DNA of 64,000 nucleotides from Candidatus Iainarchaeum sp. GTDB taxonomy: Archaea > Iainarchaeota > Iainarchaeia > Iainarchaeales > VGJJ01. The notes beneath the pieces are model-generated. The model made no database searches and was not told where the DNA came from. It saw only the letters and a list, made by a program, of their open reading frames with translations. Below are positions 17,989 through 27,816 of the stretch, one piece after another (within the stretch, counting starts at the first letter, position 1; each line of letters starts with the position of its first letter). The stretch is taken from assembly GCA_016198125.1 (NCBI GenBank), contig JACQJG010000018.1:2843-66842 (forward strand), given 5' to 3'. The translations under genes were made by a program, and so were the position numbers.

Positions 17989-18210
17989 TTGCTACGGAAG
18001 TGGTTTTTCTTGAACCGCATGCTTATACTGGTATTAGTGGCTGGTTTGGTTCTTGTGCTCGGAGGAAGCGCAGTATACGCAGTTTCTCCCACACCGCAGG
18101 CTTTGCCGTCCGATGGAATAATCTTTGGGAAGGCCCTTCAGTCTTTGGACCCGGGCACCGGCCAAATATACCCGGATGGTCATTGGGCGTCAAAAAAACG
18201 CGCGCACTAG
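17989..18210 (+). CDS. Possible small membrane or secreted protein (73 aa)
   Basis: An N-terminal hydrophobic helix LILVLVAGLVLVLGG. It overlaps the alternative long ORF 17982-18971 in another frame, so it is uncertain. Confidence 0.25.
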   Translation: MLRKWFFLNRMLILVLVAGLVLVLGGSAVYAVSPTPQALPSDGIIFGKALQSLDPGTGQIYPDGHWASKKRAH

Positions 18211-18227
18211 AGTATAGGGCTAAATAC

Positions 18228-18971
18228 ATGGGGCCCGTTTTTCATTACATGCCAGCGCGCTTTTTTCCATGGAAGCGTTTTTTTAACGTGGTCTTGTTGC
18301 CAGCGCGCACTGTGCGCGAGTATGCGCGCGCTCAAAAACTCATTGCCCAGCAAGAAAAAGTATTGAACCTTTTACGCACAAAAAAGTCTGTTTCTTTTTT
18401 TCGCGTGAAGGCCCGTAAAATGGAATTGATGGAAATCATTGAACGTAGGAAAAAGGCAGAGCACGCATTTAGATCTGCGGCCAAAAGACTGCATGACCAC
18501 TTGGTGTCCAAGGGCGTTCCGCGTTTTTTTATTCCTGCAGGACTTTTTGTGCCGTTCACGCTTCCGGAAGCCGTGCTGCACTTGGCATTTTTGTATAATA
18601 GGCACCCAAGAAAGCAGGAAGAACCGCTTTACATTAGAAGGAAGATACTGAAGGGGCTTTCTGCGCACGACCGTCATTTTGAAGGAAAGAAAGCCGTTGG
18701 GTGGTGTGCACTGCGCGTGACCAACGCGCGCTATGAGGTTGAGTTGCACTGGAATTCTTGGCCTGAATTCAAGGATTACGTGAAATACTTTGAAAACATA
18801 CGGGCATCTCAGGTTGTGGTCAGGGAAGGAAAAGAGGTCTACATCAAAATTTCAGGAAGGTTTCCGGCAAATGGCATTAAGGAATATGCCGCCGCCGTGG
18901 ACGTAGTTGGCGCTATTCCAGTTCGGGTGGGGCAGTACATGGACAAGTATGGCAAAAGGCACAGGTATTAA
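18228..18971 (+). CDS. Hypothetical protein
   Basis: 247 aa from the internal M (MGPVFHY...) of the 329-aa ORF. The upstream 82 codons overlap the small ORF above and look non-coding. Confidence 0.4.
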   Translation: MGPVFHYMPARFFPWKRFFNVVLLPARTVREYARAQKLIAQQEKVLNLLRTKKSVSFFRVKARKMELMEIIERRKKAEHAFRSAAKRLHDHLVSKGVPRFFIPAGLFVPFTLPEAVLHLAFLYNRHPRKQEEPLYIRRKILKGLSAHDRHFEGKKAVGWCALRVTNARYEVELHWNSWPEFKDYVKYFENIRASQVVVREGKEVYIKISGRFPANGIKEYAAAVDVVGAIPVRVGQYMDKYGKRHRY

Positions 18972-18991
18972 GAGGTTGGAAAGGTTTAGTG

Positions 18992-19735
18992 TTAGAGCGT
19001 TCTGATAAAGAACGCGCCTTTCTTTTTGTATCCCATGGTTTTTGCAACCAACCCATAAAGGGCGTGCATGCTGGCGCGGATGGCTTTGACTTTTCTTTCT
19101 TTTTCTTCTTTGTCCTTTGCAGAAGCAAGCGGCCACTGGTAATAGTGCAAGGATTCAGGCGTGCGGATTTTTATTGTTTTAAACCCGTTTTTTCGTGCGT
19201 GTTCTTCAAGTTCGCGCAGCAATCTGTTTGCACAGGGTTCTCCGAGTGCATGGTTGAGGGCTCTTATTTCATTTTGGGGGCGCTGGCCTTGCATGGCTTC
19301 TACAATGATTGTTTTGCGTTCAAAGCCCAATTGCAGTACGAAGTGAGGGAAGCTGTGATTTTCGTGCGTGATGCGCAGTCCCACTAAAGACTCGTTTCCA
19401 GAAGCCCCTAACGCAATTTCATACGAGGGGCCTTCTTTTGTGTGGAGGGTCTTTTTTTGGTGGGTGGCCAAAAACGTTGCACCATAGCGAATAATGTTCT
19501 CAATATCTGCAGTTCGGTACGCGGAAGGCGGTGTAACATGCCTTAAACGTGGAGCTCCCACTTCCAATGCTTTAGCCCGGCCATATTCCAGAAAGTAGTG
19601 TAAAACGCTTCCAGGGTGTTTGTGTGCAAGGAAGTCTGCGCGCTTCCATGCAATGGATTCTGCAGCTTCTCTGGGGGAAAATGGTTTTCCCTGGCGGCTT
19701 GAGTGGCGGTAGATTGCAAGGGGCCTGCGCGGCAT
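18992..19735 (-). CDS. Hypothetical protein, GNAT-like fold suspected; paralog of 14536-15216
   Basis: Conserved block LGFERKTIIVEAMQGQRPQNEIRALNHALGEPCANRLLRELEEHARKNGFKTIKIRTPESLHYYQWP. Confidence 0.5.
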   Translation of the reverse strand: MPRRPLAIYRHSSRQGKPFSPREAAESIAWKRADFLAHKHPGSVLHYFLEYGRAKALEVGAPRLRHVTPPSAYRTADIENIIRYGATFLATHQKKTLHTKEGPSYEIALGASGNESLVGLRITHENHSFPHFVLQLGFERKTIIVEAMQGQRPQNEIRALNHALGEPCANRLLRELEEHARKNGFKTIKIRTPESLHYYQWPLASAKDKEEKERKVKAIRASMHALYGLVAKTMGYKKKGAFFIRTL

Positions 19736-19797
19736 GAATGCAGTACTGTGTGCAGGGTAATAAACGTTCCTTTTCCGCGTTTCATTAAAATAGGAGA

Positions 19798-20694
19798 ATG
19801 TCTTTTCACACGTGCATGCCTTCGGTGATGAAACCTGGGTGGTTGAAAATCCGTCCGCCGGATTTGAAACCGTTTGAGGAAACGCGTTCGGTTATTTCTT
19901 CTTTGAATTTGCACACGATTTGTGTGGAAGGCCATTGCCCCAATCAAAGCGAGTGCTGGTCCAATAAGACTGCGTCATTCATGGTGTTGGGGAAAACGTG
20001 CACGCGGGGATGCAAGTTTTGTGCAGTAAGCACTGCGTTGAAGGGCGATGTCCTTGATTCGCTGGAACCTGCGCGTTTGGGAGCGGCAGTAAAACGGTTG
20101 GGCTTGGAGTATGTGGTGATTACTTCCGTGGACCGCGATGACTTGGAAGACCAGGGGGCTGGACACATTGCACAGTGCATTCGTGAAGTGCGCCGCCAGT
20201 CTTCAAGCACGGTAGTGGAAGCATTGATCCCGGATTTTAGGGGCAGTGAAGAATGCCTGCAAACCGTGCTTCAATCCAACCCCCACGTGCTTTCCCATAA
20301 CCTTGAAACAGTAAAGCGCTTGCAGTCGTATGCCCGGGACCGCCGGGCTTCGTACGAGCAGTCTTTGGGGGTTTTAAAAAATGCAAAAAAACAGTGCCCA
20401 TCAATGTACACCAAGTCCGCGCTCATGTTGGGCTTGGGCGAAACGCAGGAGGAAGTAATACAGTCCATGAAAGACTTGCGGGTCATGAACGTGGATTTTT
20501 TGTCTTTGGGGCAATACTTGCGTCCTTCTGAATGGCATGTGCCTGTTCATGAATACGTGTCTCCGGATCAGTTCAAATGGTATGAAGAGAAGGGGTTTGA
20601 GTTGGGTTTCAAGTTTGTGGCCGCAGGGCCTTTTGTGCGTTCTTCTTATCGTGCAGGAGAATACTTTGTTGGCAACATGGTTTCGCGTGTTTGA
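19798..20694 (+). CDS. lipA: Lipoyl synthase
   Basis: WLKIRPP...CVEGHCPNQSECW plus the radical-SAM CTRGCKFC motif, and a conserved C-terminal RSSY. Confidence 0.85.
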   Translation: MSFHTCMPSVMKPGWLKIRPPDLKPFEETRSVISSLNLHTICVEGHCPNQSECWSNKTASFMVLGKTCTRGCKFCAVSTALKGDVLDSLEPARLGAAVKRLGLEYVVITSVDRDDLEDQGAGHIAQCIREVRRQSSSTVVEALIPDFRGSEECLQTVLQSNPHVLSHNLETVKRLQSYARDRRASYEQSLGVLKNAKKQCPSMYTKSALMLGLGETQEEVIQSMKDLRVMNVDFLSLGQYLRPSEWHVPVHEYVSPDQFKWYEEKGFELGFKFVAAGPFVRSSYRAGEYFVGNMVSRV

Positions 20695-20721
20695 GCGCAT
20701 TCTTTTAAATGCGTAAATGCT

Positions 20722-21936
20722 TTGGATGAGGGTATGCCTTTCAAGTCTGCTGCGTCGTTTGAAGTGAAATTCTTGCAAGTGTTAAATGAGAAGGGCGAAG
20801 TGGATTCAAAGTTGGAGCCCAGGATTTCTGGGGAGCGCTTGAAACAGTTTTATGAGTGGATGGTGCTTGCCCGTGTTTTTGATGAAAAGGCCATTGCCTT
20901 GCAGAGGCAGGGGCGCATTGGAACGTATGCTTCCGTAAGAGGCCAGGAGGCATGCCAGGTGGGTTCTGCGTGCCTGTTGAACGATTTGGATTGGGTGTTT
21001 CCTGCATTCAGGGAGAATGCCGCGCTCATTGTGCGCAAAACTCCGTTGAAAAATCTTTTGTTGTACTGGGGGGGCGATGAACGCGGCAGTGTTCCCCCGC
21101 TCGGAGTAAGGAATTTTCCGGTGGCCATTCCGGTTTCCTCGCAAATTCCTCATGCGGTTGGAGCAGCGTGGGCATGCAGGCTGCGCAATGAGAAAAATGT
21201 TTCATTGGTGTACTTTGGAGATGGAGCCACTTCAAGGGGCGATTTTCACGAGGCATTGAATTTTGCCGGCGTGTTCAAGATTCCAGTCATTTTCCTGTGC
21301 CAGAATAACCAGTACGCAATTTCGGTTCCGCGTTCAAGGCAATCGGCAGCGCAAACGCTGGCCCAAAAGGCGGTTGCGTATGGAATAGAGGGCATTCAAG
21401 TGGATGGAAATGACCTTCTTGCAGTGTATGTGAGTGTGCAGGAGGCCTTGGAGCGTGCGCGTGCAGGTAAAGGTCCAACGCTGATTGAGTGTTTTACGTA
21501 TCGTTTGGGGGATCATACCACTTCGGATGATGCCAAGCGCTACCGTACTGAAAGTGAAGTGGAGGAATGGAAGAAGAAGGACCCCCTTGCGCGTTTTGAA
21601 CTGTACTTGGCTTCCAAGAAGCTTTTTTCAAAGGAGTATCAGTCAGAGGTGTTGGAGCGTGCCCAGGCGTTGGTAGACCAGGCAGTACAGGAATACGAGT
21701 CTGTTCCGCTTCCTGCGGTAAGCGATTTGTTCAACTATGTTGCGGCACAATTGGATGCAAATGTTTCCATGCAAAAAGCCCGCTATTTGGAAGGGGTGGG
21801 CGCCCAGGATGTAGTACCTGTAACTCCGGTAGTTGCACCCCTCGTGAAAGGCCCAGCGAATCAATCTTCAAAGCCAGGCAAGAAGCGTGTTTCGCTTGAG
21901 GGATCTTCGAAGGCAGACGAGGTGCCGGACTTTTAG
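20722..21936 (+). CDS. pdhA: 2-oxoacid dehydrogenase E1 component alpha subunit (TPP-dependent)
   Basis: 404 aa with an E1-alpha TPP-binding fold, including YRLGDHTTSDD and GDGATSRGDFHEALNFA. Confidence 0.85.
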   Translation: MDEGMPFKSAASFEVKFLQVLNEKGEVDSKLEPRISGERLKQFYEWMVLARVFDEKAIALQRQGRIGTYASVRGQEACQVGSACLLNDLDWVFPAFRENAALIVRKTPLKNLLLYWGGDERGSVPPLGVRNFPVAIPVSSQIPHAVGAAWACRLRNEKNVSLVYFGDGATSRGDFHEALNFAGVFKIPVIFLCQNNQYAISVPRSRQSAAQTLAQKAVAYGIEGIQVDGNDLLAVYVSVQEALERARAGKGPTLIECFTYRLGDHTTSDDAKRYRTESEVEEWKKKDPLARFELYLASKKLFSKEYQSEVLERAQALVDQAVQEYESVPLPAVSDLFNYVAAQLDANVSMQKARYLEGVGAQDVVPVTPVVAPLVKGPANQSSKPGKKRVSLEGSSKADEVPDF

Positions 21937-21941
21937 GGGTT

Positions 21942-22925
21942 TTGCTTATGAGTGTCATGAACATGGTGCAGGCCATTAATGCAGCGTTGGGGCAGGAAAT
22001 GCAGGCGGATGCCCGTGTCATTGTGCTGGGAGAGGATGTTGGAAGGGATGGGGGCGTGTTCCGCGTTACAGAGGGATTGTTGGAAAAGTTTGGCGAGAAC
22101 AGGGTTATTGACACTCCGCTTTCAGAGTTGGGCATTGTGGGGGCTTCCATTGGCCTTGCAGTGAACGGCATGCGTCCAATTGCAGAAATTCAATTTGATG
22201 GTTTCACGTATGCAGGTTTGGACCAGCTCATTGACCATGCTTCAAGGATTCGCACGCGTTCCAGGGGCGCGTACTCTTGTCCGTTGGTAGTGCGTTTTCC
22301 CTGCGGGGGAGGCATTCACGCGCCCGAACATCATTCTGAATCTCCTGAAACATACTTTGTTCACACTCCTGGGTTGAAAGTGGTGTGCCCTTCCACTCCC
22401 GGCGATGCAAAAGGATTGCTTGCTTCTTGCGTTCAGGACCCGGACCCTTGTATTTTCATGGAACCCAAGCGCATTTACCGTGCCGTTAAAGAGGAAGTGA
22501 ACGAGGAGCGTTACACGATTCCTTTTGGAGTTGCAAAGGGCGTGCGCGAAGGAGAAGATGTTACATTAATTGCGTGGGGGGCCATGGTGCGCGAGTGCGT
22601 GAAAGCCGCAGACCAATTGGAAGCAGAACACGTTTCGTGTGAAGTATTGGATGTGCGCTCGCTTAAACCCTTGGACGTGAATGCCATTGTAAACAGCGTG
22701 AAGAAAACCGGCCGCGTGCTGGTGGTACATGAGGCTCCAAAAACCCTTGGGTTGGGCGCGGAAATTGTTGCACTCATCCAGGAACATGCATTTCTTTCCT
22801 TGGAAGCCCCGGTTGGGCGCGTGACAGGGTTTGACGTGGCCATGCCCTTGTACAAACTGGAAGAGGCCTACCTTCCCAATGTGAATCGCATTGTGGAAGG
22901 CGTGCGCAGAACGGTTTTGTTTTAA
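21942..22925 (+). CDS. pdhB: 2-oxoacid dehydrogenase E1 component beta subunit
   Basis: 327 aa with a transketolase-like pyrimidine-binding and C-terminal domain (VIVLGEDVGRDGGVFRVT, IDTPLSELGIVG). Confidence 0.85.
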   Translation: MLMSVMNMVQAINAALGQEMQADARVIVLGEDVGRDGGVFRVTEGLLEKFGENRVIDTPLSELGIVGASIGLAVNGMRPIAEIQFDGFTYAGLDQLIDHASRIRTRSRGAYSCPLVVRFPCGGGIHAPEHHSESPETYFVHTPGLKVVCPSTPGDAKGLLASCVQDPDPCIFMEPKRIYRAVKEEVNEERYTIPFGVAKGVREGEDVTLIAWGAMVRECVKAADQLEAEHVSCEVLDVRSLKPLDVNAIVNSVKKTGRVLVVHEAPKTLGLGAEIVALIQEHAFLSLEAPVGRVTGFDVAMPLYKLEEAYLPNVNRIVEGVRRTVLF

Positions 22926-22988
22926 TGCGCGCAGGCATTGGTTTTAAATGGATTGGGGGTGTTATTTTTTGGTTTTGAGGGACCGTGC

Positions 22989-23864
22989 ATGCGCGTGCAA
23001 ACCTTTTTAATTTTGTTTTTAATGGGAATCCTGCTTGCCCCTTTTGTGTTTGGCCATGAAACAGGCGAGGAGGAGCCTGTGGATGTTCACGCGGAAAACG
23101 TGCCCGTGGAAGCTTCTTTCACGGATTCCGCGCAGTTGGCTGAATTTCTTTCCGCTCAATCCTTGAATGTAGCTGGCATTGCAGCCCTTATCCTGTTGGG
23201 CGCGGTTGCATATGCCGTTCGCGTGCGCCCCCTTGGGGGGCATGCAAAGAAAATGCTTTTTTTAGTCATCCTGGTCACGTCCCTGTTGACCACTGCATAT
23301 TTGGCGGGTTCCACGCTGTACTTGAATGCCGCGTCCTTTACCCAGGGGCCCGTGCACTGGCACGCGGACTTTGAGGTGTGGAATTGCAGTGAAAAGTTGG
23401 ATTTGAAGGACCCTGAAGGGTTTTCCAACAAGGAAGGGGAAGAGCTCGTGCACGAGCATGGAGATGACCGCGTGCACGTGGAGGGCGCGTTGTTGGATGA
23501 AACCCAGGGCCAGCTTGGTTACTTTTTTAAGGCCGTGGGCGCTGAATGGAATGACGAAAGATTCGGGTATCCAACAAACCAGGGGGACGTGGTGCTTCCT
23601 GCAAAGGGAACGTGCAATGGGAGGCCCGCAGAACTCCAATTCTTCTTGTACCGCATTGTAAACCCGGGAAATGCAAGGCAATGGGTGTACAAGCAGTACA
23701 AGCTTTCCCCGCATGACGCGTATGAAACGGTCATGGCGCCTTATGGAAACGTTCCTCCAGGGGACTGCTTGATCGTTGAATTTGATGCTGTCAAGGAGCG
23801 TTCCGAACACGTGTGCTCGTCGTACGCGCATGCCATTCAAAGGGGGGAGTTAAATGGCCGTTGA
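22989..23864 (+). CDS. Membrane protein with a His/Cys-rich extracytoplasmic domain, embedded in the dehydrogenase cluster
   Basis: A signal-peptide-like start (MRVQTFLILFLMGILLAPFVFG) and two hydrophobic helices. A soluble domain follows with HWHADFEVWNC, EHGDDRVH and several Cys. The longer ORF begins at 22938. Confidence 0.45.
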   Translation: MRVQTFLILFLMGILLAPFVFGHETGEEEPVDVHAENVPVEASFTDSAQLAEFLSAQSLNVAGIAALILLGAVAYAVRVRPLGGHAKKMLFLVILVTSLLTTAYLAGSTLYLNAASFTQGPVHWHADFEVWNCSEKLDLKDPEGFSNKEGEELVHEHGDDRVHVEGALLDETQGQLGYFFKAVGAEWNDERFGYPTNQGDVVLPAKGTCNGRPAELQFFLYRIVNPGNARQWVYKQYKLSPHDAYETVMAPYGNVPPGDCLIVEFDAVKERSEHVCSSYAHAIQRGELNGR

Positions 23865-24564
23865 AGCGTATCTTCCCACCATTGCAACGGTTGTTGTAAC
23901 CGCGCTCATCGATTCCATTAACCCGTGCGCGATTGGCGTGCTCATCCTCATGATCTCCATCCTCCTTGGAAAGCGCAAGTCCATGCACGACATGCTCTTA
24001 TACGGGGGGCTGTACATTTTCGCGGTTTTCCTGACCTACCTGCTGGCAGGCATTGGCCTTACATACGCGTTGAGCACCATTCCATTGTTTGTAACCGAGT
24101 ACTTGTCCATTGGGGTGGGGCTGCTCATTGTTTTTGCCGGCCTGTTGGAGGTAAAGGATTTTTTCTGGTATGGAAAAGGCTTTTCCCTGCAAATCCCTGC
24201 AAGGTTTGCAGCCAAGATCGACCGGTACGCGCAGAACGTGACCATTCCCGGGGTCATTTTGGTGGGCATGTTCGTGGCAGCCGTGGAATTGCCGTGCACG
24301 GGCGCCCCTTATCTTGCAATCATAACGTTGCTGTCCCAGTACTTTGACTTTACCGCGCTCTTGTTATTGGTCTTGTACAACGTCATATTCGTTTTGCCGC
24401 TCATATTCATTTTGCTGGCCGTGGCCGCGGGGAAAAGACTTTCAACGTTCAAGAAGTGGAAGCAGGATAATCGGGGAACGATGCGCTTGTTTATCGGGTT
24501 GATGTTGATTGGCATGGGGTGGTTGTTGATGTTGATTGCCAACGGAACCATTAACTTTGGGTGA
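23854..24564 (+). CDS. ccdA: CcdA/DsbD-family thiol-disulfide transporter (cytochrome c biogenesis transmembrane protein)
   Basis: Six predicted TM segments. The two conserved cysteines sit in INPCAIGVL (TM1) and ELPCTGAPY (TM4), typical of DsbD-beta/CcdA. Confidence 0.75.
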   Translation: MAVEAYLPTIATVVVTALIDSINPCAIGVLILMISILLGKRKSMHDMLLYGGLYIFAVFLTYLLAGIGLTYALSTIPLFVTEYLSIGVGLLIVFAGLLEVKDFFWYGKGFSLQIPARFAAKIDRYAQNVTIPGVILVGMFVAAVELPCTGAPYLAIITLLSQYFDFTALLLLVLYNVIFVLPLIFILLAVAAGKRLSTFKKWKQDNRGTMRLFIGLMLIGMGWLLMLIANGTINFG

Positions 24565-24578
24565 GGCGTTAAAACAGC

Positions 24579-24920
24579 ATGCAGGAAAAAAAAGGCCGTA
24601 AAAAGGGGCAGGTGCGAATGCCCGCCCGCGCACGCGGTGCAGGGAATGTGAACGTGCACATCGTTAAACGCAAAGGCCATTTGGAAAGGTTTGATGAACG
24701 CAAGGTGTATGCTTCCTGTTATGAAGCGTGCCTTTCCGCGCAAATCCCCAATTCCACAGCTGAACACATTTGCGGGCTTGCCTCGGACGACGTTAAAAAG
24801 TGGGTGTTGACCCAGCGCCAAGTGAATTCACACCAAATTTTCCTGCGCGTAGCAGAATTCTTGCGCAAACACCACAAGGATGTGGCGTTCATGTATGAAA
24901 CCCACCGCGACGTTTCATGA
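24579..24920 (+). CDS. ATP-cone domain protein
   Basis: VHIVKRKGHLERFDERKVYASCYEA matches the ATP-cone start (V-x-KRDG-x-x-E-x-FD). The gene ends 4 nt inside the E2 gene start. The true start may be the internal M (24618). Confidence 0.55.
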   Translation: MQEKKGRKKGQVRMPARARGAGNVNVHIVKRKGHLERFDERKVYASCYEACLSAQIPNSTAEHICGLASDDVKKWVLTQRQVNSHQIFLRVAEFLRKHHKDVAFMYETHRDVS

Positions 24921-26293
24921 AAACAGGGATGGTCATGGCATTGGATTTCAAATTCCCGGATGTAGGGGAAGGGATTACGGAAGGCGAGCTTATTCGCTGG
25001 CTGGTGCGTGAAGGCGATTCTGTAAAACAAGACCAGCCCTTGGCCGAAGTTGAAACCGACAAAGCGGTGGTTGAGATTCCTTCTCCGCGTGCAGGCACTG
25101 TACTCAAATTGTATTTCAAGGAAGGCCAAACCGTTAAAGTGGGTGAAGTAATGATAACCATTGGAGAGAAAGGTGAAAGCGTTTCAAGTGTGCCTGCCAA
25201 AGAAAAGCCTGCACAGCCTTCTCTGGAGTCCAAGCCCAATACGTCTTCCGTGGTGGGGGTTCTTGAAGAAGCTGCAGAACCTGTTCCTGTGCAAAAGCGT
25301 TCCGGAGTCTTTCCAGGGGCTATTCCTGCGTCTCCCAAGCCAGGCGGGTTGCCCGTGCTTGCGGCTCCATCCACGCGTCGTATGGCCAGAGAGTTTGGAG
25401 TGGATATTTCAAAGGTGCGCGGTTCTGGAGAGCAGGGGCGCGTGCTGGAAGAAGATGTGGTGCGCGCTTCCCACACCCAGCAGGCAGTAAAAGACTTGCA
25501 CGCCCAAGTCAAAGCAGTTTCATCAGAGGAATCCTTTTCGCGCATTCCGCTTTCAAAGGCCGCGTATGCAGAAGGCGAGGCCCTTGAGCGCGTGCCTGTG
25601 AAAGGCATTCGAAAGGCCACGTGGAAGCACATGGCGGAGGCTTTTACTCACACGGTGCCGGTCACTCACATGGACGAAGCCGATGTCACTGCATTATGGG
25701 ACGTGCGCGAAAAGGAAAAAATTCTCACACAAGAAAAAGGAATTAAGCTTACGTTCCTGCCGTTCATTGTTAAATCTGTTGTGGCCGCGTTAAAGGAACA
25801 CCCGTATTTGAATGCTTCATTGGATGAAGAGGCAAGCGAAATTGTGTTGAAAAAGTTTTATCATATTGGAATGGCCGTGGATGCAGGCGAAGGATTGCTC
25901 GTTCCGGTGATCCGAAACGCGGACAAGAAAAGCATTCTGCAAATCGCCAGGGAAATGAATGCATTGGCTGAAAAAGCAAAAAGCCGTTCGCTGGACTTGA
26001 GTGAACTCAAAGGTGGCACGTTCACTCTCACCAATGTGGGTTCTATTGGCGGTCAATTTGCAACGCCTGTCATTAATTTTCCTGAAGCCGCCATTTTGGC
26101 TACCGGGCGCATTTACGAAAAGCCGGTCGTTGAAAAGGGTTTTTTGTCCCATAAGGTTTTGGTGCGCAAGGTCCTGCCGCTTTCCCTGACATTTGATCAC
26201 CGCATTCTGGACGGAGCAGAAGCCGCACGCTTTACCAATGACATAATCAAGCGCCTTGAAGACCCGGATTTGTTGCTGGTGGAAATGGAGTAG
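24917..26293 (+). CDS. pdhC: Dihydrolipoamide acyltransferase (E2) of a 2-oxoacid dehydrogenase complex
   Basis: N-terminal lipoyl domain (EVETDKAVVEIPSP), an E3/E1-binding segment, and a C-terminal catalytic domain with DHRILDGAEAARF. Confidence 0.85.
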   Translation: MKTGMVMALDFKFPDVGEGITEGELIRWLVREGDSVKQDQPLAEVETDKAVVEIPSPRAGTVLKLYFKEGQTVKVGEVMITIGEKGESVSSVPAKEKPAQPSLESKPNTSSVVGVLEEAAEPVPVQKRSGVFPGAIPASPKPGGLPVLAAPSTRRMAREFGVDISKVRGSGEQGRVLEEDVVRASHTQQAVKDLHAQVKAVSSEESFSRIPLSKAAYAEGEALERVPVKGIRKATWKHMAEAFTHTVPVTHMDEADVTALWDVREKEKILTQEKGIKLTFLPFIVKSVVAALKEHPYLNASLDEEASEIVLKKFYHIGMAVDAGEGLLVPVIRNADKKSILQIAREMNALAEKAKSRSLDLSELKGGTFTLTNVGSIGGQFATPVINFPEAAILATGRIYEKPVVEKGFLSHKVLVRKVLPLSLTFDHRILDGAEAARFTNDIIKRLEDPDLLLVEME

Positions 26294-26299
26294 TTTTTC

Positions 26300-27040
26300 A
26301 TGCCGGTTTTTGGAAAAGGCCGTGTCCGAAGGCCAAAGTTCTATGGAAAACCCGAACTTGAAGGGGTAAAGATTGAACTCTACAGGGAAAGCGTAAAGGC
26401 CGGCGCGGCTTCTGGCAGAAGGTACAGGCGAAGCAGAGGGTACAAGTATGAGATCACTCCCTTGTCGGGGGTTGAAAGATTCCTGCATTTCAATGTCACA
26501 CACTGGGTTTTAAAACGCTACAAGAAGGTAAAACGTCCTGTGAACGTGCTTGACTGGGGGTGCGGCCAAGGCACAGCTATCACTGAGTTGGTGAAAAGGC
26601 TTCCAAGCAAGGTTAACGCGTACGGGTATTCAAAAGATTTTTACCCTTCGTGGACTGAAAACCCGCATGTTAAATTCATCCAGGAAACCCACGACCAAGT
26701 GCCGAGGTTTTTTAAAAAAATTCCATTGGATCTTATCCTTTCGCTTGCAGGCCTGCACCATTTGCAGGCAAGCATGAGCCGCGGGGTTTCTCTTGCCGTG
26801 ATAGAGAATAGAAGGAGATGGTTGAAGGAATACAAAAAATACATTTTGAGGCTTGCAGAGCGGCTGGCTCCCGGGGGTGTGCTGGTGACAAGTTTTATTG
26901 GCCTGCCCAGCCATGTGGACGAATTCGCGTCTTCGTTCAATCCCAAAAAAGACAGGGTTCGGGCACGCGTCTTGCATTGTTCTTATTATCCAGGCGCCCC
27001 TGCGGGCGTGGACAATATTTTCATGCTTGAAAAGATTTAA
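26300..27040 (+). CDS. Class I SAM-dependent methyltransferase
   Basis: Motif I is VLDWGCGQGTAITELV. Confidence 0.55.
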   Translation: MPVFGKGRVRRPKFYGKPELEGVKIELYRESVKAGAASGRRYRRSRGYKYEITPLSGVERFLHFNVTHWVLKRYKKVKRPVNVLDWGCGQGTAITELVKRLPSKVNAYGYSKDFYPSWTENPHVKFIQETHDQVPRFFKKIPLDLILSLAGLHHLQASMSRGVSLAVIENRRRWLKEYKKYILRLAERLAPGGVLVTSFIGLPSHVDEFASSFNPKKDRVRARVLHCSYYPGAPAGVDNIFMLEKI

Positions 27041-27057
27041 ATTTTTTTTTGAAAGCA

Positions 27058-27816
27058 TTACCGCATCCAATTCCATTCCTTGGTGCAATAGCGTTGGCTT
27101 ACCAGTACATGGGCATCGTCCAATTCCGCGTTGGACCATTTTCCAAATGAGTAGAATTTGCCCTGCGTGAATCCTTTCAACAGTGCGTGTGCAACGTCTT
27201 CCCGGCTTACCTTTTTGTGGTCTAAGATGCGTGTTACGCGTTCTTCCACGCTTTGAATCATTTTGTCGCTTATTTTTTCCTTGCTCACTTTGAGCACGGA
27301 AAACATTTTTCTTACATCCAAATCGTACAAGATGGTTCCGTGTTGGGTGAGGATTCCGTTTCTCCTTGTTTGCGCGTTCCCGCTTATTTTTTTTCCATTC
27401 AAGGTAATGTCATTTATGGGTTTGAATTCTGCATGCAACCCCAGTTCTTTTAACCCGTTGGTAATCCACCCGCAAATCAAATGATAGGATTCTGTAATGC
27501 CTTTTGGAAAGTATTGTTCCGGGGCAATGACACTGTACGTGACTTCTCCTTCATAGTCGTGGTATACGGCTCCTCCGCCGGTCCTGCGCCGGACAAGGTC
27601 TATTCCAAGTTCCTTGCATTGTTCCACGTTGACTTCTTCTTCCATGCTTTGAAAGTATCCGATTGAAACTGCGCTGGGCTTCCACCGGTAAAACCGAATG
27701 GTCGGGTTCGCGTCTCCGTCTGTAAGGCTTTGCGCGCACGCCTCATCCAATGCCATGTTCAGGTACGCATCATGTTCTTCCAAGGGTATGACGCGCCATT
27801 CAGGGGTTTTGTCCAT
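27058..27816 (-). CDS. lplA: Lipoate-protein ligase A, catalytic subunit (LplA N-terminal domain)
   Basis: 252 aa with the BPL/LPL catalytic domain (RRTGGGAVYHD, the lipoyl-AMP-binding K in GKKISGNAQ). Confidence 0.85.
   Translation of the reverse strand: MDKTPEWRVIPLEEHDAYLNMALDEACAQSLTDGDANPTIRFYRWKPSAVSIGYFQSMEEEVNVEQCKELGIDLVRRRTGGGAVYHDYEGEVTYSVIAPEQYFPKGITESYHLICGWITNGLKELGLHAEFKPINDITLNGKKISGNAQTRRNGILTQHGTILYDLDVRKMFSVLKVSKEKISDKMIQSVEERVTRILDHKKVSREDVAHALLKGFTQGKFYSFGKWSNAELDDAHVLVSQRYCTKEWNWMR

Noticed and set aside
20741-22171. Several minus-strand ORFs (88-146 aa) across the E1 alpha/beta genes
   Set aside because: They are antisense to well-supported TPP-enzyme genes and have Pro/Ser-rich non-protein-like composition.
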